Shown: positions 37,854-48,009, counted from the first letter of the stretch. The stretch is 64,000 nucleotides of DNA from Phycisphaerales bacterium (GCA_965212225.1 OZ243106.1:2891374-2955373); one strand, 5' to 3'. The notes: generated from the sequence alone by a model not told the origin. Made by a program: numbers and translations.

Positions 37854-40800
37854 ATGACCGGCAACGGATCGCGTGCTCGTATCCTCGTGGAAAACGATGA
37901 TGCCGCGACCGCGGACGCTATCGCGCGGGTGCTCCGCGAAAGCGGCTTCGCGGTCGAGTCCGTCGCAGAACGATCCGAACCGGCAAACGGTACCAACGCT
38001 GTCATCGTCGAATGCGACCAGCCTGAGGCCATGCGTCGGGCAGGGAAGACGCGGCAGGAATCCGAGGACCGCTGGGCGTTCGTCCGCCGCGCCACCGGTG
38101 TCGGGTACTGGTACTGCGACCTGCCATTCGATGCGCTCCACTGGGACGAACACGTCAAAGCCCACTTCCACCTGCCGGCCGACGCCTCCGTCACCATCGA
38201 TACCTTTTACGATCGCTTACACCCGGACGACCGGCAGCGCACCCGCGACGCTATCGCGCACGCGATCGAGCATCGCACCATCTACGACATCGAGTACCGC
38301 ACCGTCGATCCGGACACCGGCGCTATCAAGTGGATCCGCGCCATCGGCCGCGCGGACTACGCCCCCGACGGCACTCCCAAGCGCTTCGACGGCGTCACGA
38401 TCGATGTCTCAAACGGCAAACGGGCCTCGGAGCAGGCGGCTGAAGCCGCAGACCGTCTGACGCTGATCGCTGACGCGATGCCGGCACTGATCGCCTACGT
38501 CGACGCCGACGCCCGCTACCGGTTCAACAACCGAGGGTATGAACAGTGGTTCGGCCACGACCGCGACGATATCCACGGCCGCCTGGTGAGCGAGGTAGTC
38601 GGCGACGACGCGTACGCCGTCATCGAACCGCATGTCCGAAAAGCCCTGGACGGAGAGCGCGTCAGTTTCGAGGCGGAGATCCCATTCTCCGATGACCAGC
38701 GACGGACCGTGCACTGCGACTATGTTCCTGACGAACGCGCCGACGGATCCGTCGCCGGGTTCTACGCCCTGATCACCGACATCACGCTGCGCCGCCAGCA
38801 CGACAGGGCCAGCGCCCGTCTCGCCGCCATCGTCCAGTCCTCGAGCGACGCGATCATCAGCAAGACGCTCGACGGCGTGATCGAGTCATGGAACGAGGGC
38901 GCAGAGCGGATATTCGGCTACACCGCCGAAGAAGCGATCGGTCGCCCGGTGACCATGCTGATACCCGAAGATCGATTGGGCGAGGAAACCCAGATCATCG
39001 GCGCCATCCGCACCGGTCAGCGCATCGAGCACTACGAAACAATCCGCCGGCGGAAAGACGGCTCGCTGGTGAACATCTCGCTTACCGTGTCCCCGGTGCT
39101 CGATTCGAACGGTCGCATCATCGGCGCTTCGAAGATTGCGCGGGACATCACCGAGCGCACGCGATTCGAGAACGCCCTCCGTGAGAGCGAATCCCGGTTC
39201 AAGGCCATGGCCAACACCGCACCGGCCATGCTGTGGGTCACCGACGCGGACGGAACCGCGACTTTCCTCTCTCGCGGCTGGCATGAGTTTACCGGTCGAC
39301 CGCAGCACGGCGGCCTCGACGCCGACTGGTTCGAAGCGGTGCATCCGCAGGACCGACGCGAGTTCCAGCGGTCGCTCCTCGACGCGAACCGTCGGCGGGA
39401 AGCGTTCTCGATCGACTACCGGTTGCGACGCCACGACGGGATGTACCGGTGGTGCATAGCGCACGGCAGGCCTCGATTCGACAACGACGAGCGGTATCTC
39501 GGCTTCGTCGGCTCCGTGATCGATGCGCACGAACGCAAGAAGGCCGAGCTCGAACGGAGCGCGCAATCGCGCATCCTCGAGATGATCGCGAGCGAGGAGC
39601 CGCTCGCTGAGATCCTGAACGAGCTCGTCCGCTCCGCCGAGCAGCAGATACCCGGCACGACCGGATCGATCCTCCTGCTTGATCCCGATGGCAAGAGACT
39701 CCGTCACGGCGCCGCACCAGGGCTCCCCGACGCTTACAACCGCGCCATAGACGGCGTCGAGATCGGTCCGGCTGTCGGATCCTGCGGCACCGCGGCATAT
39801 CGTGGCGAGCGTGTCATCGTTGAAGACATCCAATCCGACCCACTCTGGGCAGACTATCGGAAGACCGCAGAAGCACACGGCCTCCGCGCCTGCTGGTCGC
39901 AGCCCATCCTGTCCGCCGACGGTCGAACCATCGGCACCTCCGCGATCTACTTCAACGAACCCAAGCGCCCGATAGATGACGAACTGACGACGCTGCAGGC
40001 CACCGCGCAGTTCGCCGGACTCGCCATCGATCGACATCGCACACTCCAGGCCCTGCGCGACAGCGAAGCGAGGTTCCGCGCATTCACCACCGCGACGTCA
40101 GACGCCGTCTATCGGATGAACGCGGACTGGACCGAGATGCAGCAGCTTCAGGGACAGCAGTTCATCCCCGACACGCTCGAACCGAGCAGGTCCTGGCTCC
40201 AGAGGTACGTGTACGCCGACGATCGACCCGGCGTCCTCGAAGCGATCGACCGCGCGATCCGAACGCGTGAGATGTTCGAGATGGAGCACCGCGTCATACG
40301 CCTGGATGGCTCCATCGGCTGGACGCAGTCTCGCGCCGTACCGATCTTCGACGATCAGGGAACCATCCAGGAGTGGTTCGGTGCCGCGAGCGATGTGACC
40401 GCGCGGAAGCAGGCTGAGGAATCGCTCGAACAGCAGCGACGGCTCTACGAGGGCGTGCTGACAACCACGCCCGACCTCGCCTACATCTTCGACCTCGACC
40501 ACCGTTTCATCTACGCCAACGAAGGCCTCCTCAGGATGTGGGGAAAGACCTGGGATGAAGCGATCGGGAGGAATTGCCTGGAACTCGGATACGAACCGTG
40601 GCACGCGGAGTTGCACGACAAGGAAATCGAGAGAGTCGTGGCCACGAAAACGCCCATCCGCGGGGAAGTACCCTTCACCGGGACCGCGGGCCGTCGAATC
40701 TACGACTACATCTTCACACCGATCCTGAACGACGACGGTGAGGTCATCGCTGTCGCGGGCACAACTCGCGATGTCACCGACATGAAGCTCGCCGAGGAGG

Positions 40801-42974
40801 AGATCCGCGAAGCTCGCTCACGCCTGGAGTCCACCCTCGCCGCCGCAGAGATCGGCACGTGGGAATTCGACATCGTCAAGAATGCCGTGGGGGCCGATCG
40901 AAACCTGGCATTCCTGTTCGGCATGACCACCGAGGAAGCCGACCAGGCACCGGTGGAGCGTTATCTTGAGGCGATTCACGCAGAAGATCGCCCGCGGGTT
41001 GAGCGGTCCATCGCCCGCGCGATCGAATCCGAAGACACCTACGAAGCCGAGTACCGCGTCGTTCCGAGTCCCGGCCAACCCGTTCGCTGGGTGGTCGCGC
41101 GCGGTCGCGTCGAGCGCGATCCCGACGGGACCCCCGTCCGCCTCCCGGGCGTAGTCGTAGACATCACGGAACGAAAGCGTTTCGAAGAAGCGCTTCGCGA
41201 GAGCGAAGATCGGTTCAAGGTGATGGCGAACGCCGCCCCGGCAATGCTCTGGGTCACCGCTCCGGACGGTTCGGCGACCTTCCTGTCACGCGGCTGGTAC
41301 GAGTACACCGGCCAGACCGAACTCGAGGTCGATGGTTTCGGCTGGCTCGAAGGAGTACATCCCGACGATCGGGAACATTCCCATCGCATCTTCGAGGAAG
41401 CGAACGCGAATCAGGACCCGTTCTCGCTCGACTATCGGCTCCGCCGAGCCGACGGCCAGTACCGGTGGTGTATCAGCGCGGGCAAACCGAGTTTCGATGA
41501 AAACGGACGGTTCCTGGGGTACGTCGGATCCGTGATCGATGTCCACGAACGCAAGCAGGCCGAGACCGCCTTGCGCGCCGCTCACGATCAGGTCAAGCAA
41601 GCGCGTGACTACGCCGAAGCCACCCTCCGGACCTCGCCCGTGCCGCTGCTCGTCCTCGAGAGCGATCTTCGGGTGAGTTCTGCCAACGAGGCCTTCTACG
41701 AGATGTTCGACATGGGGCCGGACGACACCGAGGGCCGCTTCCTCCACGAACTCGGCAACCGCGAATGGGACATCCCCGAACTCCGCGAGCTGCTCGGAAA
41801 AGTCCTTGAGCAATCCGACGGCTTCCAGGGCTTCGAGGTCGAGCCGCACTTTGAAACCATCGGAACCCGCTCCATGCTCCTCAACGCGCGTCTTATGGAC
41901 AACGAGGAGGGAGAACCGGACCGCGTCGTGCTGGTGATGGAAGACATCACCCAGCGACGAGAGCACGAGGAGCGCATGGCGACCGTGATGGCCGAACTGA
42001 ACCATCGCGTCAAGAACACTCTGGCCGTCGTCGACGCGATCGCCAGCCAAACGCTGCGCCACGCAAACAGTCTGAACTCGTTCAAGAAAAGCTTCGGGGA
42101 GCGGCTCCGTGCCATCGCGAACGTCCACAGCCTCCTGACCGGCACCGACTGGACGGGATGCTCTCTCGAAGAAATCGTGCGGAGCGAGATCGATCCGCGC
42201 CGCGCCTCGCCGAATCAAGCATCGATCCGCGGCCCCGCGCTCACGCTCTCGCCGAAGCAGTGCCTGGCGCTCCACATGGTCGTCCACGAACTGGCCACGA
42301 ACGCCATGAAGTACGGTGCGCTCAAGGGCGAGTCCGGACACATTGATATCGCGTGGGAAACGCAAAGCCGCGACGGGGTCCGCTGGCTCAAGTTCGAGTG
42401 GCGGGAGCGATGCGAAGGGAATCTGACCACAAGCGGCGAACCCGGCTACGGCAGCAGCCTGATCGAGCAGACCGTGAACTACGAACTGCGAGGTGAGTTG
42501 GAGAAAGAGCTCGCTCCGAGCGGATTGACATGCACCATCAGCTTTCCGCTCTCCGCGCATGAGCTCCCCGTTCCCGAGAGTCCGTCCGGAGCAACACTCC
42601 AGACGGATTCCACCGAATCGAAACCGCGCGTGCTGGTCGTCGAAGACAACGGCACCATCGCGCAGGTGCTGGTCGACGAACTGGAAGAAATGGGCGTTGA
42701 CGTGGTCGGCCCGGCCAACACACTCGAGAAGGCGATGCAACTGGTTGAAGGGAAGCCCCCCGCCGCCGCGCTCCTCGACGTCGACCTCGACGGAACGAAG
42801 GTATATCCCCTCGCCCGCCTGCTGCGAGAACGCCAGGTGCGTTTCCTTCTACTCACGGGCTACGACAAGGCGGACCTCCCCGAAGACCTTCGGGAGTCGA
42901 CGATCCTCGGCAAACCAATCTGTCCCGACGAACTCAAGGCCATGCTCGGCCAAATCGGGCTGCACTCGCGGTGA
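37854..42974 (+). CDS. giant hybrid sensor kinase: truncated receiver-like N-terminus, multiple PAS/PAC modules, GAF, HWE/HisKA_2-type kinase core, C-terminal receiver
   Basis: Repeated PAS/PAC signatures (e.g. IISKTLDGVIESWNEGAERIFGYTAEEAIG) and a GAF segment (GSILLLDPDG..CGTAAYRGERVIVEDI). H-box ELNHRVKNTLAVVDAIASQT and HELATNAMKYGAL are typical of HWE kinases. Receiver RVLVVEDNG...LLDVDLDG...KP. ATG 37854 chosen; ORF opens at 37773. Confidence 0.9.
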   Translation: MTGNGSRARILVENDDAATADAIARVLRESGFAVESVAERSEPANGTNAVIVECDQPEAMRRAGKTRQESEDRWAFVRRATGVGYWYCDLPFDALHWDEHVKAHFHLPADASVTIDTFYDRLHPDDRQRTRDAIAHAIEHRTIYDIEYRTVDPDTGAIKWIRAIGRADYAPDGTPKRFDGVTIDVSNGKRASEQAAEAADRLTLIADAMPALIAYVDADARYRFNNRGYEQWFGHDRDDIHGRLVSEVVGDDAYAVIEPHVRKALDGERVSFEAEIPFSDDQRRTVHCDYVPDERADGSVAGFYALITDITLRRQHDRASARLAAIVQSSSDAIISKTLDGVIESWNEGAERIFGYTAEEAIGRPVTMLIPEDRLGEETQIIGAIRTGQRIEHYETIRRRKDGSLVNISLTVSPVLDSNGRIIGASKIARDITERTRFENALRESESRFKAMANTAPAMLWVTDADGTATFLSRGWHEFTGRPQHGGLDADWFEAVHPQDRREFQRSLLDANRRREAFSIDYRLRRHDGMYRWCIAHGRPRFDNDERYLGFVGSVIDAHERKKAELERSAQSRILEMIASEEPLAEILNELVRSAEQQIPGTTGSILLLDPDGKRLRHGAAPGLPDAYNRAIDGVEIGPAVGSCGTAAYRGERVIVEDIQSDPLWADYRKTAEAHGLRACWSQPILSADGRTIGTSAIYFNEPKRPIDDELTTLQATAQFAGLAIDRHRTLQALRDSEARFRAFTTATSDAVYRMNADWTEMQQLQGQQFIPDTLEPSRSWLQRYVYADDRPGVLEAIDRAIRTREMFEMEHRVIRLDGSIGWTQSRAVPIFDDQGTIQEWFGAASDVTARKQAEESLEQQRRLYEGVLTTTPDLAYIFDLDHRFIYANEGLLRMWGKTWDEAIGRNCLELGYEPWHAELHDKEIERVVATKTPIRGEVPFTGTAGRRIYDYIFTPILNDDGEVIAVAGTTRDVTDMKLAEEEIREARSRLESTLAAAEIGTWEFDIVKNAVGADRNLAFLFGMTTEEADQAPVERYLEAIHAEDRPRVERSIARAIESEDTYEAEYRVVPSPGQPVRWVVARGRVERDPDGTPVRLPGVVVDITERKRFEEALRESEDRFKVMANAAPAMLWVTAPDGSATFLSRGWYEYTGQTELEVDGFGWLEGVHPDDREHSHRIFEEANANQDPFSLDYRLRRADGQYRWCISAGKPSFDENGRFLGYVGSVIDVHERKQAETALRAAHDQVKQARDYAEATLRTSPVPLLVLESDLRVSSANEAFYEMFDMGPDDTEGRFLHELGNREWDIPELRELLGKVLEQSDGFQGFEVEPHFETIGTRSMLLNARLMDNEEGEPDRVVLVMEDITQRREHEERMATVMAELNHRVKNTLAVVDAIASQTLRHANSLNSFKKSFGERLRAIANVHSLLTGTDWTGCSLEEIVRSEIDPRRASPNQASIRGPALTLSPKQCLALHMVVHELATNAMKYGALKGESGHIDIAWETQSRDGVRWLKFEWRERCEGNLTTSGEPGYGSSLIEQTVNYELRGELEKELAPSGLTCTISFPLSAHELPVPESPSGATLQTDSTESKPRVLVVEDNGTIAQVLVDELEEMGVDVVGPANTLEKAMQLVEGKPPAAALLDVDLDGTKVYPLARLLRERQVRFLLLTGYDKADLPEDLRESTILGKPICPDELKAMLGQIGLHSR
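39147..39548 (+). repeat. internal PAS-module duplication, copy 1 (within kinase gene)
   Basis: Residues ITERTRFENALRESESRFKAMANTAPAMLWVT... align without gaps to copy 2, with 84 of 134 residues identical by hand count. Confidence 0.85.
41160..41564 (+). repeat. internal PAS-module duplication, copy 2 (within kinase gene)
   Basis: ITERKRFEEALRESEDRFKVMANAAPAMLWVT...VGSVIDVHERKQAE; see copy 1. Confidence 0.85.
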
Positions 42975-43030
42975 GAGCCCCGCCCATCGAGAGCCGATGA
43001 TCCGTTGGCTCGCCTTGGTACGCTGGCGGC

Positions 43031-43552
43031 ATGGAACCCCTGCGATGCTACGATTACCTCTTGGCCTCACGCGACCGCGTTTTCGGGTGGCTCCGCGAGT
43101 TGAACGACGACGCGTACAGGTCGGTGCACCCGATCGGCCTCGGATCGATTGCCCGCACGATGCACCACCTCCGGGGCGCTGAGTGGGCCTACATGCACCG
43201 GATTCGCGGCGTCACCGGGCTCCCTCCGAAGCCCACGCCGGAACTCGACCCCGATTGCGACCACCAGACCGCCCTCCCCTTCCCACGCCTCGAAGCGGCG
43301 TGGCGCGACCAGAGCGAGCGTGTCCGCACCGATCTTGAGTCCGTCTCCGACTGGTCGACACCGATGGTTTGCGAAACGAAGTCGGAGGGCGATCCGTACT
43401 TCTACCGCGCCTCTCGCAGCGATTTTTTCACGCAGCTTGTCATCCACGAAGCCCACCACCGCGCTCAAGTCATGCACATGCTCAAACGCCTCGAAGTGGA
43501 GACCGGCGAGATCGACTTCAACGCGCTGATGTGGCAGCGTGTCGAGCCATAG
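43031..43552 (+). CDS. DinB-family (DinB_2/YfiT-like) four-helix-bundle protein
   Basis: ARTMHHLRGAEWAY and LVIHEAHHRAQVMHML, the His-triad contexts typical of DinB superfamily metalloproteins. Confidence 0.7.
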   Translation: MEPLRCYDYLLASRDRVFGWLRELNDDAYRSVHPIGLGSIARTMHHLRGAEWAYMHRIRGVTGLPPKPTPELDPDCDHQTALPFPRLEAAWRDQSERVRTDLESVSDWSTPMVCETKSEGDPYFYRASRSDFFTQLVIHEAHHRAQVMHMLKRLEVETGEIDFNALMWQRVEP

Positions 43553-43588
43553 GGACACATCTCGCAAACCGGAGCACCGGACACCTCG

Positions 43589-44908
43589 CTACCGAATCAC
43601 ACGCAGTTCCGTCTGGCGACCGTCGATGTACTCCACGCGACCATCCTCAAAGACCGCGTCCTCCTCGAGCATGATCCGCACTTCCTGACCGCCCCATTCC
43701 GGCACCTCCTCGACAATGCTCAGTTCGATCGCGTACGCCGTGTTCGCCCGGATCGGGTACTCCCCCGTCCCCGGCACGCCGTCCTGCTTGTCCCACATGC
43801 CGATCGCCGGACCCGCCGCGTGTCCGTGCAAACCCACCGGGTGGCTGTAGACCATCGCGTTGATCCCGCGTGGCTCCGCCTCGCCCAGCGCGAGCTTGAG
43901 CACCTCGTTGCCCGTCCGCCCCTCCTTGAAATGCGAGGTCAGGATGTCCTGCATCTCGTTGCCACGCGCGAACGCCCGGCGCAGCCCCGCCGGCGGCTCC
44001 GTCTCGCCGCGCTTCAGCACATACGCCATCTGCTGCGTGTCCGTGTGCAGACGCAGGTAGCGGATACCAAGATCCAGATGGACCAGATCGCCGCGTCGGA
44101 TGACCTGCTCGCCGCCCGCCATCATGGCCATGAAGTCTCCCTCCGCCGATGCACGCTGCACCGACACGATCGGGTGGAACCAGTCTTCAAGCCCCAGTTC
44201 GTTCACCCGCTCCCGGCACCACCACTTCACATCATCCGTCGTCGTCACCCCCGGCTGGATCACCCGCTCCGACAGCGCCTCGCCGATGATCTCGTGCGCA
44301 ATGCGGCACACCGAAGCGTAGACATCCATCTCCCGCTCCAGACGCGTCTCCAGCCAGCCCACCGCCAGGGGCTCCGCCGACACGATCCGCTCGCGCAACC
44401 CGCTCGGCAGCGCGTCGTGCAGCGCTTCGAACTGCGAGTGCGAAAGGCCGTCCGCGTGCGCCCAGGTCTCGGAGATGTTCAACCCGATCCGCTCGGGATC
44501 GCGGCTCTCGATGATCTCGACCAGCCGCGCCCACTGATCGGGCTGCTCCGCCGGATCCCACGACGCTTCGAACAGGTCCCCCACCGCATACCGCGAAACC
44601 GCCAGACGCTCGACCCCCGCGGGAGCGCCCGGATCGTGGAACACCAGGATCGTCCGCCGGCGCGCCGAGTGCCAGGTCGCCGGCAGCATCGTCTTCAGTA
44701 CCGGATCCTCGTTGTACTCCCGCCCAAGCACGATCCACATGTCCACTTCGTGCTCGCGCATCAGTTCCGGGACGATCCGGTCCAGACGCTCACGCAGCAG
44801 CCCGTCGACCACCGCCGCACGCTCGCGCATGGGCAGGATCACGCCGGGCTTCGCAGCGAGCACGGTGGTTGCCGCGATCAGACTCGCGGCAGCGGTAGTT
44901 CGGATCAT
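43589..44908 (-). CDS. M24-family metallopeptidase (Xaa-Pro aminopeptidase/creatinase-like) with signal peptide
   Basis: GDLVHLDLGIRY..HTDTQ, HPVGLHGHAAGP and AIELS pita-bread metal-site contexts. AAGGAG RBS before ATG 44908 (MIRTTAAASLIAATTVLAA). ORF maximum is 44971. Confidence 0.8.
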   Translation of the reverse strand: MIRTTAAASLIAATTVLAAKPGVILPMRERAAVVDGLLRERLDRIVPELMREHEVDMWIVLGREYNEDPVLKTMLPATWHSARRRTILVFHDPGAPAGVERLAVSRYAVGDLFEASWDPAEQPDQWARLVEIIESRDPERIGLNISETWAHADGLSHSQFEALHDALPSGLRERIVSAEPLAVGWLETRLEREMDVYASVCRIAHEIIGEALSERVIQPGVTTTDDVKWWCRERVNELGLEDWFHPIVSVQRASAEGDFMAMMAGGEQVIRRGDLVHLDLGIRYLRLHTDTQQMAYVLKRGETEPPAGLRRAFARGNEMQDILTSHFKEGRTGNEVLKLALGEAEPRGINAMVYSHPVGLHGHAAGPAIGMWDKQDGVPGTGEYPIRANTAYAIELSIVEEVPEWGGQEVRIMLEEDAVFEDGRVEYIDGRQTELRVIR

Positions 44909-44983
44909 CGGCGGGCTCCTTGTGCCTGAGAACAGGTCCAGTGTACGAGTCGCAGCGAGTCGGAGACGCATCGCTCGGCATCA

Positions 44984-45283
44984 TCACAACTCCGCACGGA
45001 TCACCATCGCATCCGAAATCAGACAAAGCCCCCCGTACCGCTTCAGCAGCGGCTCGATCGCCGCCGCGACCGCATCCACCTGGTCCACGCGGCAGGTCGT
45101 CAGAATACAACAATTCACCTGCGCGTCCGACAACTCCCCCCCGCTGCGCTCCCCGCGATCGCCGTAGCCCGCCGTCGCCTCGAACACCGTCAGACCCGGC
45201 ACATCGAGGCCCTCCAGCACCCGACGCACCTTGCGCACATGCGGCTTGTCAATCACGATCTCGATTCGCTTCACGGTGTGCAC
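44984..45283 (-). CDS. P-II-like signal protein (SbtB-like partner of the upstream permease)
   Basis: 99 aa with a ferredoxin-like beta-alpha-beta pattern: KRIEIVIDKPHVRKVRRVLEGLDVPGLTVFEATAGYG...AAAIEPLL. Lies 18 nt after the SbtA-family gene. Confidence 0.7.
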   Translation of the reverse strand: MHTVKRIEIVIDKPHVRKVRRVLEGLDVPGLTVFEATAGYGDRGERSGGELSDAQVNCCILTTCRVDQVDAVAAAIEPLLKRYGGLCLISDAMVIRAEL

Positions 45284-45301
45284 GAGTGTCGCTCCGATCG
45301 G

Positions 45302-46285
45302 TCAGCCGCCGATGCCCATCACTCCGATGAGCAGGTGGTACATGGGGATGCCAAGAATGATGTTGAACGGGAACGTGATCGCCAGCGCAAGCGTCACATA
45401 GATCGACGGGTTCGCCTCCGGCACCGCAAGACGCATCGCCGCCGGCACCGCGATGTACGACGCCGAACCGAACAGGATCGCCAGCAACAAAGCATCGCCC
45501 GCGCTCAACCCCAGCCCCCAGGCCACGAGCACACCGACCAGCCCCTGGACCACCGCCCCGATCACACTGAAACCGATCAGGAACCAGCCCGCCTCACGAA
45601 TATCACCGATCCGCCGGGCAGCAACCAGTCCCATGTCCAGCAGAAAGAGGCACAGCACGCCCTTGAACGGGTCGTACATGAACGGCTCGATCGCTCGCCA
45701 ACCCTCTTCACCGGAAACAATGCCGATCAGCAGAGAGCCCACGAGCACCAGCACCGCCCCATTCAGCAGCGACTCACGCCACACGCCGCCGCCATCGTCC
45801 GAACCGGCGGTCTGGTCTGGTCCGGTGCGTGACCGGTCGCGCCCCATCGACAGCCGAGCCAGCAAGACGCCGGACACCACCGCCGGTGACTCCATCAGCG
45901 CCATCGACGCGACCATATACCCGGAGTACGCGATCTCTTCCCGGTCCAGAAACGCGATCGCGGTGATGAAAGTCACCGCCGAAATCGAACCGAAGCACGC
46001 CGCCACCGCCGCGGCATCCGGCCCGGTCAATCTCCGGCGAAGCACCGCGAATGTCGCAAAGGGCATCGCGAACGACGCCAACACCGACGCACCCATCGTC
46101 GCCCACGCCCGAGCGTCCAGCCCGCCCAGCGACAGCTTGTAGCCGCCGTATGTGCCGATCGCCATCAGCAGATAAAGCGAGAGCAGACGCACCACCGGCT
46201 TCGGCACATCCAGATCGCTGCCGACGAGAGACGCAAACCCGCCGAGCACAAAGAACAGGATCGGAGGGCTCAGCAGAAGATCCAC
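45302..46285 (-). CDS. sodium-dependent bicarbonate transport family (SbtA/PF05982-like) permease
   Basis: N-terminus MDLLLSPPILFFVLGGFASLVGSDLDVPKPVVRLLSLYLLMAIGTYGGYKL matches the family's conserved start. About 10 TMs. Confidence 0.75.
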   Translation of the reverse strand: MDLLLSPPILFFVLGGFASLVGSDLDVPKPVVRLLSLYLLMAIGTYGGYKLSLGGLDARAWATMGASVLASFAMPFATFAVLRRRLTGPDAAAVAACFGSISAVTFITAIAFLDREEIAYSGYMVASMALMESPAVVSGVLLARLSMGRDRSRTGPDQTAGSDDGGGVWRESLLNGAVLVLVGSLLIGIVSGEEGWRAIEPFMYDPFKGVLCLFLLDMGLVAARRIGDIREAGWFLIGFSVIGAVVQGLVGVLVAWGLGLSAGDALLLAILFGSASYIAVPAAMRLAVPEANPSIYVTLALAITFPFNIILGIPMYHLLIGVMGIGG

Positions 46286-46431
46286 GCGGTGCGCTTCCTC
46301 CCAGATGCGGCTACCGAAGGTACTCCACCACCCCGCCGGAGTCGAGTCTGGCCCGGTGCCAGCGAGCGCCGCGTGCCCGTCCGTTCACCACCGCGCCCGC
46401 CCTGAGCTCCCGCCAGCTCGCATCGTGGGCA

Positions 46432-46463
46432 TAAAAAAACCGGCGCCCTCTCGGGGACGCCGG
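46432..46463 (-). terminator. intrinsic terminator after the PEP-CTERM protein gene
   Basis: Minus strand reads ACCGGCGTCCCCGAGAGGGCGCCGGT followed by TTTTTTTAT. Confidence 0.8.
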
Positions 46464-46491
46464 TCCATCGATTCAATCCAACGATCGTCGA

Positions 46492-47079
46492 TCAGCGACG
46501 ACGACGAACCGCCGCGAGACCCGCGAGACCGAGCAGACCGGCGGCACCCGGCGTCGGGATGATCACCGCGTACGTCCCGAGTACCTGCGCCGACGAGAGG
46601 TCGTCGACCGTATCAGCCGGGAAGTACAGGTTGCCACCCGCCGGAGCGTTCAGCATGTCCGCGTACTCGTTCGGGTCGAGCGTCCAAGTGCCCGAACCGG
46701 TGAAGGCGAGCGAACCCGCCGTGAAGGTGACGGTGATGTCCGTCGACCAACTCCACATGTTCAGGCCGGGATCGGTCCCCCCTCCGCCACGGAAGAGAGC
46801 CGGGCTGTTGTCGGCCGGGTTCTCCGCGTTCGTGATATCTCCCGCGACGAGAGGCGCCGAAAGCGCGCTGCCCGCTCCGCCGTAGAAGTTCTCAAAGTAC
46901 ACGCCAGTGGTATCGCTGCCCGACGCGTTGACCAGCGAAACACCGTTCGTCGCGCTGATAGTCACCTGGTTCGGAACCGACAGATCCACAAGCAACAGGT
47001 GATCGGCCTGAGCGACGCCCGCAAGCATCGACAACGAACCACCGGCGCAGAGCGCCAACTTCCAAGAAGTCTTCGACAT
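46492..47079 (-). CDS. secreted PEP-CTERM-type sorting-signal protein
   Basis: ATG 47079 with GGAGAAGGA RBS and signal peptide MSKTSWKLALCAGGSLSMLAGVAQA. C-terminus IPTPGAAGLLGLAGLAAVRRRR has the P-x-P motif, TM helix and Arg cluster. The upstream 87 codons of ORF 46492..47340 are rejected. Confidence 0.8.
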   Translation of the reverse strand: MSKTSWKLALCAGGSLSMLAGVAQADHLLLVDLSVPNQVTISATNGVSLVNASGSDTTGVYFENFYGGAGSALSAPLVAGDITNAENPADNSPALFRGGGGTDPGLNMWSWSTDITVTFTAGSLAFTGSGTWTLDPNEYADMLNAPAGGNLYFPADTVDDLSSAQVLGTYAVIIPTPGAAGLLGLAGLAAVRRRR

Positions 47080-47403
47080 TTCCTTCTCCTCTTTCCTGAC
47101 TCCGTGTAGCCGCTGTGCAGGCGGCGGCGAACCCCGCAAAGTCGCGGATCGCCTCATGCAAACTACTCCGAAGCCTGTTCCGATCGAAACACGAACTCGA
47201 AAGAATCTGTGAATCCTGCAGTTGAAGCACGACCGACTTAGGCATTCATACTTGCTCTCCACCCCGTTTCGGGCAGCCCGCGTCGATGAGCGCTCGCCGC
47301 CCCTGTCATCCCCAACCGCGATAGCTCCGCCATCCGCCACGCCCAGCGCACAATGGCAATCCCGGTCATCGCAGGACTTCAGTCGGGGTCCGCACGCCCG
47401 CAG

Positions 47404-48009
47404 TCAACAGTTCCGGTACTTGTCGTGCAGCCCGACCCCCGCCTCGACCATCGGCAGGATCTTCTCGATCCGGCTCTGCTTCGTCGCGTCGCGTTTCGCC
47501 TCGGCGATGTAGTTCGCGTACTCCCGCTGCTTGCCCGGTGTCAGCGCGTCGTACCCCTTCCTTGCTTTCGCCCGCTCTTTGAGCGCCGCCGCGAGCTCCG
47601 GCGGCAGGTCCACCGACCCCTTGGTCACCGGCCGTTTCGGCTTGATCTCCTTACCGGCCTCCTGCAGCGCCATCGCCTCCTTGGCGTACGCCGCGATCGC
47701 CTTCGCCTTGATGTCCCGTTTGGACTCCATACGCCATTGGCGCAGTGCCTTGGTCTTCCCTTCCTGCGCATTCGTCAGCACGCCCTCCGGATCGCTGAGC
47801 AGCGCGCCCTGAAAGAACCACAGCCCGAAGTGCTCCTTAAACGCCCCAATGCCAACGAGGTTCTTCCCCCCGTGCGTGTACACCGGAGCCCCCCACTTCA
47901 CCGCCTCTTCCATCCCGGTCCTCAGCAGGATCTCGCGCAGACGCGCGACCTCTTCCCCGAACCGGTCCTGACGCTCGATGTACTCATCCACGGTCTTTGG
48001 TGCAGCCAT
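47404..48009 (-). CDS. DUF1801 plus YdeI/OmpD-associated family protein
   Basis: VDEYIERQ...VKWGAPVYTHGGKNLVGIGAFKEHFGLWFF (DUF1801-like) and LTPGKQREYANYIAEAKRDATKQSRIEKIL (YdeI-like). Confidence 0.7.
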   Translation of the reverse strand: MAAPKTVDEYIERQDRFGEEVARLREILLRTGMEEAVKWGAPVYTHGGKNLVGIGAFKEHFGLWFFQGALLSDPEGVLTNAQEGKTKALRQWRMESKRDIKAKAIAAYAKEAMALQEAGKEIKPKRPVTKGSVDLPPELAAALKERAKARKGYDALTPGKQREYANYIAEAKRDATKQSRIEKILPMVEAGVGLHDKYRNC

